A stretch of DNA of 64,000 nucleotides, from contig CAVWNW010000022.1 of the NCBI GenBank assembly GCA_963756425.1, positions 187,722-251,721 of the forward strand, in the 5' to 3' direction. Shown here piece after piece: positions 21,815-31,077 of the stretch. Within the stretch, counting starts at the first letter, position 1. Every line of letters begins with the position of its first letter. The notes under the pieces were generated by a model. That model saw only the letters and a program-made list of their open reading frames with translations, was not told the origin of the DNA and did not search any database. Origin of the DNA: an uncultured bacterium. GTDB taxonomy: Bacteria; Actinomycetota; Acidimicrobiia; Acidimicrobiales; VFJN01. The position numbers and the translations under genes were made by a program.

Positions 21815-22609
21815 ATGAGCGAGCGCACCGAATACGGTCCCGGCGAGTTCTGCTGGGTGGAGCTGGCTTCGCCGGACGTGGACGCGGCGGCGGCGTTCTA
21901 CGGCGAGCTGCTCGGCTGGAAGCGTGAGCGATACGAGCCCGATCCCGACGGCTACTGGTATTTCCGGCAAGACGGGAAGCTGGTGGCCGGCCTCGAGACG
22001 TTCCGGATGGACGGCCAGGTCCCCGCTTGGCTGGGGTACGTCAGGGTGGATGACGTGGCGGCGACCGCCGGCAAGGTCGGCGACGCCGGAGGGACGGTCC
22101 TCGCGGAGCCGCTCGATGTCCCCGGCGGAGCAGGGTCGCTGGCCGTCTGCCGGGACACAGAGGGAGCCGCGTTCGCCCTGTGGCAGCAGGGCGAGTTGAA
22201 GGGTGCCCAGCTCGTCAACGAGCCGGGCAGCTGGACCTGGAACAACCTCCTGACTCGCGACGTGGACGCGGCGATGGACTTCTACAGCCGGGTGTTCGGC
22301 TGGACGGCAACGCAGCCGGAGGGCGCCCCCGACTTCATCTGGAACTGGCATGTCGACGGGCAGCGCTGGCCCGAGGGGATGGCAGGGCTGATGCGCATGG
22401 GGACGGAGATGCCGCCCTACGTGCCGCCGCATTGGCAGGTGTACTTCATGGTCGAGAGCGTGGATGCGGCGGTGGAGCGCAACAACGCCGGCGGCGGGTC
22501 CCTGATCTACGGTCCGATCGACATACCCATCGCAAGGATGGCCTCGGTCGTCGATCCGCAGGGGGCGAACGTCGCGCTGCTCGAGTCGCGCTACCCCGAG
22601 CCGCGGTGA
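21815..22609 (+). CDS. VOC family two-domain glyoxalase (Cfp32-like)
   Basis: PGEFCWVEL, FYGELLGW, LVNEPGSWTWN, PPHWQVYF, DPQGA. Confidence 0.9.
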   Translation: MSERTEYGPGEFCWVELASPDVDAAAAFYGELLGWKRERYEPDPDGYWYFRQDGKLVAGLETFRMDGQVPAWLGYVRVDDVAATAGKVGDAGGTVLAEPLDVPGGAGSLAVCRDTEGAAFALWQQGELKGAQLVNEPGSWTWNNLLTRDVDAAMDFYSRVFGWTATQPEGAPDFIWNWHVDGQRWPEGMAGLMRMGTEMPPYVPPHWQVYFMVESVDAAVERNNAGGGSLIYGPIDIPIARMASVVDPQGANVALLESRYPEPR

Positions 22610-22687
22610 ACGGAGCCCCGGATCTGCGACCTGAGCCGCACCCGCAGGTCCGGCGTGCCAGCGCGCTGGCGTGCTATCCCGTCACGG

Positions 22688-23059
22688 GTGACCGACGGCA
22701 AGACTCTGGTGGCGGCGTTCGTGGACCGGTTGGACCGGCGGGACTGGGCAGGGTTCGCGGAGCTGTTGGCGCCCGATGTCGTCTACGAGCTGCCGCAGAC
22801 CCGGGAACGCATCCGAGGCCGCGACCGCTACGTGCGGTTCAACGCCGAGTACCCGGGCGACTGGCGCATCGAGCCCCAGGTCGTCCTGGGTGACGACGCG
22901 CACGGCGCGCTGGTGTTCCGCTGGACCCTCGACGGCGAGTCGTCGCTCGCCGTCGCCTTCTTCGAACACGACGGCTCGATGATCACGAAGATCACCGACT
23001 TCTGGCCCGAGCCCTACGACCCGCCTCCCGGCCGGGAGCACCTCGTCGAACGCTGGTGA
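22688..23059 (+). CDS. SnoaL/NTF2-like protein
   Basis: PQTRERIRGRDRYVRFNAEYPGDW, ITDFWPEPYDPPPGR. Confidence 0.85.
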   Translation: MTDGKTLVAAFVDRLDRRDWAGFAELLAPDVVYELPQTRERIRGRDRYVRFNAEYPGDWRIEPQVVLGDDAHGALVFRWTLDGESSLAVAFFEHDGSMITKITDFWPEPYDPPPGREHLVERW

Positions 23060-23090
23060 TCAGGCCGGGCCGACACCGCGACCGACGCGT

Positions 23091-23642
23091 CTATGGGTTG
23101 CGGCCGATGAACGCCAGCAGCCTGGTCTGGACGTCGGCGTCGTCGGGCACATCGACGCGTGGCCCGTAGTGGCCGCTCTGGCGCAGTACATCGTCCATCG
23201 GCTGCATGGCCTCGAGCATCTCGGCGCACTTGTCGGGGTCCAGCGTCTCGTCCTGCCCGGTGGCGCGGGCAAGATCCCAGCGGTGGAGGAACACGTCGCC
23301 GGTGTAGATCATGTCGATGGCCTGTCCGAGTGGCATCCGGCCGATGTGCGGGAGCTCGTGCTCGCGCTCGGCGGTGACCGGGTCGTCGAGCAGTGCCTGC
23401 ACGGCGTCGGTCTGGGTGCGCCAGGCGCCGACCGGATCGTCGTCGACCGACGGACCGGCAGCCAGCGTGATCCCGGCCGCCCCCTGGAGGAAGGCAGGGA
23501 ACCACTCGACGAGATGCCGGACGACGTCGCGGGCGACCCAGCCTTCCGGCGGCGCGGGGTAGTCCCACGCCGCCGGGGCAGTTCCCTCGACCGTCGCCGT
23601 GAACCCGGCGGCGATGCGCCGGTGCTCGTCGGCGGCGCCCAT
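23091..23642 (-). CDS. Mycothiol-dependent maleylpyruvate isomerase/DinB-like metal-binding protein
   Basis: WVARDVVRHLVEW, DVFLHRWDLARATGQD, LLAFIGRNP. Confidence 0.88.
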   Translation of the reverse strand: MGAADEHRRIAAGFTATVEGTAPAAWDYPAPPEGWVARDVVRHLVEWFPAFLQGAAGITLAAGPSVDDDPVGAWRTQTDAVQALLDDPVTAEREHELPHIGRMPLGQAIDMIYTGDVFLHRWDLARATGQDETLDPDKCAEMLEAMQPMDDVLRQSGHYGPRVDVPDDADVQTRLLAFIGRNP

Positions 23643-24127
23643 CACAGCTCGGCGAGGAGGGCGTCGAGCTTGGCGTAGCCCTCCTCGACGCCGGTTTCCA
23701 TGCCGCTGGCCAGCCATTGGTCGCGGCCCTCGAAGCTGTCGGTGAGCGATTGGGCGTGCAGGCGGGTCCGGCCGTCGCCGAGGTCCTCGAACCGCAGCGT
23801 CTCGAGGGCGACACCGTCGGGCTCGCCGTCATAGGTGAAGGTCTGGACGATGCGATCGTCGCCAACCTCGTGGAAGCAGCCGTGGAAGCCGTATTCCTCG
23901 CCGTCGCGGCCGGCGACGTAGCGCCAACGGCCGCCGGTGGTGGCGTCCCAGTCGAGGATCTTGGTTTCCATCCCGTTGGGGCCGACCCAGCGAGCGAACA
24001 GCTCGGGGTCGGTGTGGGCCCGCATCAGCTGCGCCGGGGTGGCGTCGAAGTCGCGGGTCATGCGGATGATCGGCACGCTCGGGTCTGCCTCGATCGAGAC
24101 CTGGTAGCGGCTGCTGCTGGCGTTCAT
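23642..24127 (-). CDS. SRPBCC/AHSA1-like protein
   Basis: TRDFDATPAQLMRAHTDPELFARWVGP, SGMETGVEEGYAKLDALL. Confidence 0.9.
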   Translation of the reverse strand: MNASSSRYQVSIEADPSVPIIRMTRDFDATPAQLMRAHTDPELFARWVGPNGMETKILDWDATTGGRWRYVAGRDGEEYGFHGCFHEVGDDRIVQTFTYDGEPDGVALETLRFEDLGDGRTRLHAQSLTDSFEGRDQWLASGMETGVEEGYAKLDALLAEL

Positions 24128-24489
24128 GACGCGGCTCCTTGCTCCTGTCGGGGGTGGGTTGGTTCTGCGTCGTCCCGCATCTCGGCGAGGACGACGTCCA
24201 GGCGCTCGTAGCGCTCCTGGGCCTGTTGGCGGTAGCGCTCGATCCATTTCGTCATCAGCTCGAACACCTCCGCCTCGAGATGGCACGGCCGCCGCTGGGC
24301 GTCCCTGGTCTGGCTCACCAGACCTGCGTCGGCCAGCACCTTGATGTGCTTGGACACCGCCTGGATGGAGACCTCGTAGGGCTCGGCCAGCTCCCCCACG
24401 GTGGCGTCGGACACGGCCAGGCGGGCCACGATGTCGCGCCTGGTCGGATCGGCGAGGGCGGAGAAGACTCGAGACAGCTGGTCGTCCAC
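24124..24489 (-). CDS. ArsR/SmtB-family regulator
   Basis: VFSALADPTRRDIVARL...VSIQAVSKHIKVLADAGLV; RBS AAGGAG. Confidence 0.92.
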   Translation of the reverse strand: MDDQLSRVFSALADPTRRDIVARLAVSDATVGELAEPYEVSIQAVSKHIKVLADAGLVSQTRDAQRRPCHLEAEVFELMTKWIERYRQQAQERYERLDVVLAEMRDDAEPTHPRQEQGAAS

Positions 24490-24496
24490 CAGGACG

Positions 24497-24567
24497 CTCC
24501 TTGTCAACCGGATGGTTGAAGACAACCTACGCCGGCATAGCCTCCTTGTCAACCAACTGGTTGAAGA
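24497..24567. promoter_or_regulatory. Duplicated ArsR operator (TCAACC-N4-GGTTGA, two copies)
   Basis: ctccttgTCAACCggatGGTTGAaga (24497-24522) and ctccttgTCAACCaactGGTTGAaga (24542-24567), 45-bp period. Confidence 0.8.
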
Positions 24568-24602
24568 AGCGCTCCATTGGCCAGAACCCGGGCTCGCCGG
24601 TG

Positions 24603-25682
24603 TCAGCCGGCGCCGGTGGCTCGCAGCTCGCCGATGAGGTCGGCCTTGGCCGGGTGGAGGCGGGCAGGGAGGGCGGCCTCGCCGGCGCGGTCGCGTAGCT
24701 GCTCGAGGTCGAGGGCGTCGAGGTCGTCGGCCGGGGGGAAGAGGTCGGCCAGGCCGCCGACGGCCTTCTCCGCGCCGGCGTCCCGCCACAGTCGCCAGTA
24801 CGCGCCCATGCGGTCGTTGTACGCCCTGGGCTGCTCGGCGTAGAGGCGGACGCCGAGGCGCGTGGCCCGGCGCTCGAGCTGGCCACGGCGTTCCTCGGCC
24901 AGCGCACAGGCGGCACGGACCGGGGTCCGGCCGCCGAACCGGTCCGGCGAGGCGCGGAGACGCTCGCAGATCACCACGAGGTCGTGGGCGTCTCCGAGGG
25001 CGTCGGAGAGGTCGTGGAACCGATCGTCGAACGGCTCCAGGATCGACGGCGCGGCGTCGCTCAGCAGCCGGACGTGGTACCAGGCGTCCTTGGTCCGCTT
25101 GCGCCACTCGTGCATGGCGGTGGGATCGGACCGGCGGTCGAGGCGGACCGCTGCCAGGGCCCGCCGGCCGGCCCGGTAGGTCCTCCCGAGGCCGGGCCCG
25201 ACCGCAGCCCACCCGCGGGCGTCGAGCTCGGCCCGACCGACCTGCCGCCGGCCCGTGCGGAACATGTCCGCGGCGGTCTCGACCCGGAGCCGCCGATCCC
25301 GGGCATTGCTGGCACTGTCGGCGGCCGCGGCGAGGCCCGCGCGCACGACGCCGAGACCGCCCTCGGGGAGCCGATCGAGAGAGGCCGCCACGAGGTCGTC
25401 GAACGTGGCGAGCGTGGCATGAGCGTCGCGAATGGCTGACAGCTCGCGCCCGGCGTCGCGGAACGACTGGTTCGCCGGGCCGTAGGCACGACCGAGCGCG
25501 GGCCGGACGAGACGAAGCAGCCCGTGTAGCTTCTTCGCTCGCTTCCGGCAGTCGTGCACCGTGGCCTCGAGGTCGTGCTCCTGGACCCGCTCGAGCGCCG
25601 AGGCCGCCCCTTTGACCTGCTCGTCGGTGATGCGGCGAACGGCCTCGGGAACCGTCTCGTCGCGGTCGAAGGCATATCCCAT
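24603..25682 (-). CDS. CHAD-domain (polyphosphate-binding) protein with short C-terminal helical module
   Basis: VHDCRKRAKK, LSAIRDAHA, MHEWRKRTKDAWY, LGDAHDL. Confidence 0.88.
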   Translation of the reverse strand: MGYAFDRDETVPEAVRRITDEQVKGAASALERVQEHDLEATVHDCRKRAKKLHGLLRLVRPALGRAYGPANQSFRDAGRELSAIRDAHATLATFDDLVAASLDRLPEGGLGVVRAGLAAAADSASNARDRRLRVETAADMFRTGRRQVGRAELDARGWAAVGPGLGRTYRAGRRALAAVRLDRRSDPTAMHEWRKRTKDAWYHVRLLSDAAPSILEPFDDRFHDLSDALGDAHDLVVICERLRASPDRFGGRTPVRAACALAEERRGQLERRATRLGVRLYAEQPRAYNDRMGAYWRLWRDAGAEKAVGGLADLFPPADDLDALDLEQLRDRAGEAALPARLHPAKADLIGELRATGAG

Positions 25683-25743
25683 GCCGGCCCCCTTCCCGGT
25701 GCCACGCCCGGGAACCCGGGAGTTTGAGCGACCTCGGGCAGCC

Positions 25744-26418
25744 CTAGCGACGGGTCGGTGTCGGCGTTCGACGACCCTTCCGGCTTGCTTCGGCCGGACG
25801 CTCCCGAGCGATCCCCGCGAGGATCAGATCGAGCATGGCCACCAGGTTCTCCTCGAGCGCATACTCCCCGTCCTCGTCAGCTACCCACCGGTAGACGACG
25901 CCGAGGTAGCCGTCGAAGATCAGCAGACCGGCGCGGACGGGATCGACGTCAGATGAGATGTCCCCCCGTTGCTGGCCCAGGCGCAGGGTGTCGGCGAACC
26001 GGTCGGGCGAAGCCGATGTGTAGGCCCGCAGCGGACCCCCACTGCTCAGCGATGCGCGCATGATGGCCCGCCCGGTGGTCGGGTCCTCCTCGTAGAAGCT
26101 GGCCACGACGCGCAAGGCCCGGCGCAGCCGGCGCCGCGTATCGGTGGTCTCCCGCTCGGCCTCAGCGAGGATCTCGGCCAGCTCGCCCCCGCGACGCACG
26201 AACCACTCGTCGACGAGGTCCTCCTTCCGGCTGAAGTAGTTGAACACCGTCGCCCGTGCGACGTCCGCGCAGTCGCCGATCTCTTCCATCGTCGTTGCCT
26301 CGTAGCCGCGGGAGGCGAACAGGGCGACGGCGCACTCGAAGATGCGATCCCTCGTCGCCAGCTTCTTGCGCTCGCGACGACCGAGAGGTGTACCGGCGGC
26401 ACCATCGGTCAAAGCCAC
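25744..26418 (-). CDS. TetR-family regulator
   Basis: RRERKKLATRDRIFECAVALFASRGYEATTMEEIGDCADVARATVFNYFSRKEDL. Confidence 0.93.
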   Translation of the reverse strand: MALTDGAAGTPLGRRERKKLATRDRIFECAVALFASRGYEATTMEEIGDCADVARATVFNYFSRKEDLVDEWFVRRGGELAEILAEAERETTDTRRRLRRALRVVASFYEEDPTTGRAIMRASLSSGGPLRAYTSASPDRFADTLRLGQQRGDISSDVDPVRAGLLIFDGYLGVVYRWVADEDGEYALEENLVAMLDLILAGIARERPAEASRKGRRTPTPTRR

Positions 26419-26427
26419 TTGACAGTC

Positions 26428-26480
26428 CTTAGATGCGAGTCCAAACTAGTTACTGATCCAAACCTTGACTTTAGTCTGTT
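26428..26480. promoter_or_regulatory. AT-rich divergent promoter with imperfect tandem TetR-type boxes
   Basis: ttagatgcgagtccaaa / ctagttactgatccaaa / ccttgactttagtctg at about 17-18 bp period. Confidence 0.45.
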
Positions 26481-26518
26481 GAATCGACCATGACCAGATT
26501 CCCTGTGGAGGTGATTCC

Positions 26519-26668
26519 ATGGACTTCCTGACCAGCCTGAAGCTCGCCGACCTGCGCCAGCGTGACCTTACGGCCGATTCGTCCCGCGCCCGGCTCGCCG
26601 CCGAGGCGAGACGAGTCCGCCGCCAGTGGGCCCACAACGATCGGCGAGCCCGCATCGCCCGTCGGTGA
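26519..26668 (+). CDS. Small 49-aa basic protein (missing from ORF track)
   Basis: GGAGG RBS then MDFLTSLKLADLRQRDLTADSSRARLAAEARRVRRQWAHNDRRARIARR*. Confidence 0.6.
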   Translation: MDFLTSLKLADLRQRDLTADSSRARLAAEARRVRRQWAHNDRRARIARR

Positions 26669-26726
26669 GAGCATCGGCGCACTGCGGCATCAGGCCCGCC
26701 CGAGATCACACCCACGATGAAGACCC

Positions 26727-27779
26727 ATGACCATGCGACATGACCACGATCACCCGCGACACGACGACGAGGTCGATCAGCACGTCCACGACCAGCGCAG
26801 CGGGTTGCTCGGTGCCATCCGCCAGCTCGTAGCCCCGCACAGCCACGACCAGGCCGAGCTGATCGACTCGGCCACGGCCACCCGGGAAGGCCTCCGGACC
26901 TTGGGCATCAGCCTCGGTGGGCTCGGTCTCACCGCAGTTCTCCAGGTCGCCGTCCTCACGATCTCCGGATCGGTCGCCCTGCTGGCGGACACCATCCACA
27001 ACGTCTCGGACGCCCTCACCGCTGTACCCATCGCCATTGCCTTCTGGCTGGGTCGACGCCCACCGAACCGGCGCTACGCGTATGGCTACGGACGCGCCGA
27101 AGACCTCGCCGGCATCTTCGTCGTGGCCATGATCGCCATCTCCGCCCTCGTTGCCGGCTGGCAAGCTGCTCAACGGCTCGTGGACCCCCAGCTCCTCGAC
27201 CATCCCGGGTGGGTCGCCGTCGCGGGGCTCATCGGGTTCGCAGGCAACGAGCTCGTCGCCATCTACCGCATCCGCACCGGTCGCCGCATCGGCTCTGCCG
27301 CACTGGTAGCCGACGGGCTGCATGCCCGCACCGACGGGCTCACGTCGCTGGCCGTCATCGGCGCCGCCGTCGGCACGATTGCCGGCTGGTCCTACGCCGA
27401 CCCGCTCATCGGACTGGCAATCAGCGCCGCCATCCTCAACGTCCTACGCCACGCCGCTCGCGACATCTACCGGCGGCTCATGGACCACGCCGACCCCGTC
27501 GTCATCGGTCGCGTCGAACACCAGCTCCATCACATCGATGGGATCCACGGCATCGACCGGGTCCGCGTGCGCTGGGTCGGCCACCAACTCCACGTCGACG
27601 CCGACGTCGTCCTCGACGCCCACCTCGAGCTCGCCCGCGCCCACGACATCCTCGAGGACGCCCGCCACCGGCTCTTCCACACCATCCCCCGGCTCGCCGA
27701 CGCCCTCCTCCACGCCAGCCCCACGCACGAAGCCGGCGACCCCCACGCCACCACTCGCCACCACTTCGCCACCGGCTAG
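26727..27779 (+). CDS. Cation diffusion facilitator transporter
   Basis: His-rich N-terminus, SVALLADTIHNVSD, YGYGRAEDLAG, ADGLHARTD. Confidence 0.93.
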   Translation: MTMRHDHDHPRHDDEVDQHVHDQRSGLLGAIRQLVAPHSHDQAELIDSATATREGLRTLGISLGGLGLTAVLQVAVLTISGSVALLADTIHNVSDALTAVPIAIAFWLGRRPPNRRYAYGYGRAEDLAGIFVVAMIAISALVAGWQAAQRLVDPQLLDHPGWVAVAGLIGFAGNELVAIYRIRTGRRIGSAALVADGLHARTDGLTSLAVIGAAVGTIAGWSYADPLIGLAISAAILNVLRHAARDIYRRLMDHADPVVIGRVEHQLHHIDGIHGIDRVRVRWVGHQLHVDADVVLDAHLELARAHDILEDARHRLFHTIPRLADALLHASPTHEAGDPHATTRHHFATG

Positions 27780-27916
27780 CCGCAGCTCCGTCAGGCGACC
27801 ATCGCGTCGCTCGATTCGATGGTCTGCGGCGCCGGCGTCGTCGCCCAGATGGGCGATGTCCCGATGGGTCCCGTGTGCCACGTTCACGTGAGGCCCCAAC
27901 CACCGAAGGAGAACCC

Positions 27917-28534
27917 ATGACCACGTACGGCATCCTCATCTTCGAAAGGGTCGAAGAACTCGACTTCGTGGGCCCCTGGGAGGTCTTCGGCGCATCGGCC
28001 GCGGCCCGAGCCCGCGACAAGGCGGGCACGGACGCGGTGGTGACCATCGCCGAGCAGGCCGATCACATCCACTGCAACCGGGGGCTGCAGGTCATTCCCC
28101 ACCACACGCTGGACAACCATCCACCGCTGGACGTCCTGCTCGTTCCCGGCGGCACGGGCACACGACGAGAGGTGAACAACCCCACCGTGCTCGAATGGAT
28201 CCAGAAGGTGGCCGCCCGCGTGGACTGGGTCACCAGCGTGTGCGACGGGGCGGGACTCCTCCATGCGGCGGGCCCTGCCCGCGGCCGCCGCGTCGCCACC
28301 GATTGGGAGTTCGAGGACGAGCTCGAGGCCCGCGGCGACGTCACCGTGGTCCGCGACGCCCGCTACGTCGTCGACGGCAACGTGGTCACCAGCCAAGGCG
28401 TATCCGCCGGGATCGACATGGCCCTCTGGCTCATCGGCCGGATCCACGGTCGGCAGCACGCCCGAGTCGTCCGCCGCGGGATCCAGTACGAGCCAGCCCC
28501 GCCCTACATGGCCGACGAACCCCTCGCCTCCTAG
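27917..28534 (+). CDS. DJ-1/PfpI family protein
   Basis: VEELDFVGPWEVF, LLVPGG, TSVC, TSQGVSAGIDMAL, IQYEPAPPY. Confidence 0.9.
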   Translation: MTTYGILIFERVEELDFVGPWEVFGASAAARARDKAGTDAVVTIAEQADHIHCNRGLQVIPHHTLDNHPPLDVLLVPGGTGTRREVNNPTVLEWIQKVAARVDWVTSVCDGAGLLHAAGPARGRRVATDWEFEDELEARGDVTVVRDARYVVDGNVVTSQGVSAGIDMALWLIGRIHGRQHARVVRRGIQYEPAPPYMADEPLAS

Positions 28535-28545
28535 CGACGCGCACC

Positions 28546-29580
28546 ATGGCCGGCTACGCCGTCATCGAGGCCCCGTCGGTGCTCGGCCTGTTCCCCAACG
28601 GGGTCGAGCGGCTGCCAGGGGCGCTGCTCGATGCCGGCCTCGCCGACGCCCTGGGCGCCCGGCGCGCCGGTGTCGTGCCGCCCCCCGCGTACGATGGCCG
28701 CCGCGACCCGGCGACGGGGTTGCGCAATCCGACCGCGCTGCGCGACTACGCGTACCAGCTGGCCAACGCCACCGGAGCGGTCCTGGAGGGCGGCGACACC
28801 CCCATCGTGCTCGGCGGCGACTGTTCGATCCTGCTCGGGAACCTGTTGGCCCTGCACCGGCGGGGTCGCCACGGGCTGCTCTTCATCGACGGCCACGCCG
28901 ACTTCTACCAACCATCGGCCGAGCCCCACGGCGAAGCGGCCTCGATGGACCTGGCCCTCGCCACCGGCCGGGGCCCGAGCGTGGTGACCGACCTGGAGGG
29001 CCGGGCGCCCCTGGTTCGGGACGAGGACGTGGTGCATGTCGGACGCCGCGACGCCGACGAGGCCGAGCGAGCCGGCAGCCAACGCATCGAGGAAACACCG
29101 ATCACCGTGTTCGACCTCGCCAGCGTCCGCCAACGGGGGCCGGAGTCCATCGCCCACGACGCCCTCGCCCGGCTCGTCCGTCGCGACCTCGACGGCATCT
29201 GGGTCCACCTCGACTGCGACGCGCTCGACGACGCCGTCATGCCCGCCGTCGACTACCGGCTCCCCGATGGCCTCCGCTGGCACGAGTTGGAGGCGGTCCT
29301 GGGCGCCGCGATCGCCAGCGGCGCGGTCGCCGGCATCGAGGTCACGATCTTCAACCCGGCACTCGATCCCGACGGGTCGATCGCCCGAGACCTGGTCGCA
29401 TGCCTTACCCGTGCTCTAGCCGAGGGACGAAGCCGGCGCCGCGCGCGCCCGCGACTTCACTCGACCGCGGCGAGCCCTGACACCGCTCGGCTCGCACCGC
29501 GCCCCGCCGTCCCGCCACCCACGCCGTTGCCTGCCGTGGCGTACGGTCGATGGCAGCGGGCGCGGCCCTGTTGCCCGTGA
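28546..29580 (+). CDS. Arginase family protein
   Basis: LGGDCS, IDGHADF, VHLDCDALD metal-binding motifs. Confidence 0.9.
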   Translation: MAGYAVIEAPSVLGLFPNGVERLPGALLDAGLADALGARRAGVVPPPAYDGRRDPATGLRNPTALRDYAYQLANATGAVLEGGDTPIVLGGDCSILLGNLLALHRRGRHGLLFIDGHADFYQPSAEPHGEAASMDLALATGRGPSVVTDLEGRAPLVRDEDVVHVGRRDADEAERAGSQRIEETPITVFDLASVRQRGPESIAHDALARLVRRDLDGIWVHLDCDALDDAVMPAVDYRLPDGLRWHELEAVLGAAIASGAVAGIEVTIFNPALDPDGSIARDLVACLTRALAEGRSRRRARPRLHSTAASPDTARLAPRPAVPPPTPLPAVAYGRWQRARPCCP

Positions 29581-29677
29581 CGCCGCAGCCGAACGCGATA
29601 GCGGCCTTCGGATCGAAGTACCCACTGCTCGTTCCGGCCGCCGGCTGACGGCCTTCGTCACCGACAAAGGAGCATGC

Positions 29678-30145
29678 ATGGTCACCATCCACATGCACCA
29701 GAACACCACCGCAACGCCCGAAGAGTTCATCGCCGGGCTGACCGACTTCGGCCCTGGCCGGGCGAATCTGTTCCCCAACAGCGCCGACGACTACTTGAAG
29801 GTGCACGACCGCGGTCCCACCTACGCCGACGTCACCGAGGGCTCAGGCGGCGTCTGGGAGCGGCTGCACTACGACTGGTCGGATCCGAGCCGCGTGGTGA
29901 TGACGACCACCGACTCCAACATCTGGGGAGGGAGCTCCGGCCACACCTACACGTTCACGCGGAAGCCCGACGGGACGACCGACGTGGACGCCGTCGTGGT
30001 GCGCGAAGGCAAGAACCTGAAGGGGCGTCTCTTGGGCGTCGTCGTCGGGAGCGTCGGCAAGAGCAGGCTGACCAAGGCGTTCGACACGTCCGTGAAGGCC
30101 ATCGAGGCCAGGGCCGAGGGGGCCCGAGCGCCTGAACAGCCGTAG
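29678..30145 (+). CDS. SRPBCC-like hypothetical protein
   Basis: LTDFGPGR..LFPNS, DVTEGSGGVWERLHYDWS; RBS AAGGAG. Confidence 0.75.
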   Translation: MVTIHMHQNTTATPEEFIAGLTDFGPGRANLFPNSADDYLKVHDRGPTYADVTEGSGGVWERLHYDWSDPSRVVMTTTDSNIWGGSSGHTYTFTRKPDGTTDVDAVVVREGKNLKGRLLGVVVGSVGKSRLTKAFDTSVKAIEARAEGARAPEQP

Positions 30146-30166
30146 GAGCCGAGCGGATAGGGCCGT

Positions 30167-30420
30167 CCGACTCCTCGCCACGTTCTCCCAGACACGCGCC
30201 GAAGGGCCATCGGCTCAGCCCATCGAACCGCTCACCGAGCGCGAAGAACGGTGCTCGTGACCGTTGCCCCCGGCCGAACCACGCCGAGATCGCCGACGAG
30301 CTGCACATCAGCCTCAGCCCGTCAAGACCCACATCGCAAGCCTCATGACCAAGCTCGCAGCACGAGACCGCGTCGAGCTGGCGATGTGGGCCTACGAGAC
30401 CGACCGGATCATGCGGCTGA
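30167..30420 (+). pseudogene. Relic C-terminal LuxR HTH of a NarL-type response regulator
   Basis: EPLTEREE / VLVTVAPGRT / AEIADELHISLS / VKTHIASLMTKLAARDRVELAMWAYET across shifted frames; no receiver domain. Confidence 0.75.
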
Positions 30421-30461
30421 CAAGCCGCCGCTGCGTGCCTCGACCTGGCCACAATGGCTCG

Positions 30462-30968
30462 ATGACCGAGGTGATCCTGCGCCCGATCCAAGAAGCGGAC
30501 CTGGCCGACTTGTGCCGGTACTCGACTGACCCGGAGGCGGCGGGGGTGTTCGAGTGGACGGGCTTCGAGGACCCGAAGGCGATGCGACGGCGCTGGGAGG
30601 AAGACGGCTGGCTCGGTGCCGAGCACGGGCGGCTGGCCATCATGAGCGGGGACTCGCTCGCCGGGAACGTGAGCTACAAGGACCGCTCGCCGTGGATGAC
30701 AAAGGGGGCGATCTATGAGATCGGGATTGCCTTGTTCCCGGAGTATCGGGGTCAAGGGGTGGGGACGGCCGCCCAACGCCTGCTGGTTCAGTACCTGCTC
30801 GACACCATGCCGGCGCATCGGATCGAGGCGCACACCGAGCCCGAGAACATTGCCGAGCAGCGGGCGCTGGAGAAGGTTGGCTTCGAGCGTGAAGGGGTGC
30901 TGCAGCAAACTGTATTCCGGGCTGGAAAGTGGCGCGACAGCATCATGTACGCGCTGATCCGAAACTGA
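30462..30968 (+). CDS. GNAT acetyltransferase (RimJ/RimL-like)
   Basis: EIGIALFPEYRGQGVGT, NIAEQRALEKVGFEREGVL. Confidence 0.9.
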   Translation: MTEVILRPIQEADLADLCRYSTDPEAAGVFEWTGFEDPKAMRRRWEEDGWLGAEHGRLAIMSGDSLAGNVSYKDRSPWMTKGAIYEIGIALFPEYRGQGVGTAAQRLLVQYLLDTMPAHRIEAHTEPENIAEQRALEKVGFEREGVLQQTVFRAGKWRDSIMYALIRN

Positions 30969-31077
30969 CGGACAGATCCGGCGGGGTCGGGGCGTTCGAA
31001 GCGATCCAGACGTCGTGCTCCGGCACGCCTGTGGACAGGGCTGACTCCGGGTTGCTGAGCCCTTGATTGGCTTGCTG

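Noticed and set aside
24497-24567. Mini CRISPR array
   Set aside because: Only two copies, 19-bp gap, no cas genes; better explained as ArsR operators
27530-27779. C-rich low-complexity tract
   Set aside because: Explained by His/Leu/Ala codons at the CDF C-terminus
30264-30968. Genuine LuxR-GNAT fusion protein
   Set aside because: The HTH part is broken by several frameshifts; the GNAT has its own ATG at 30462
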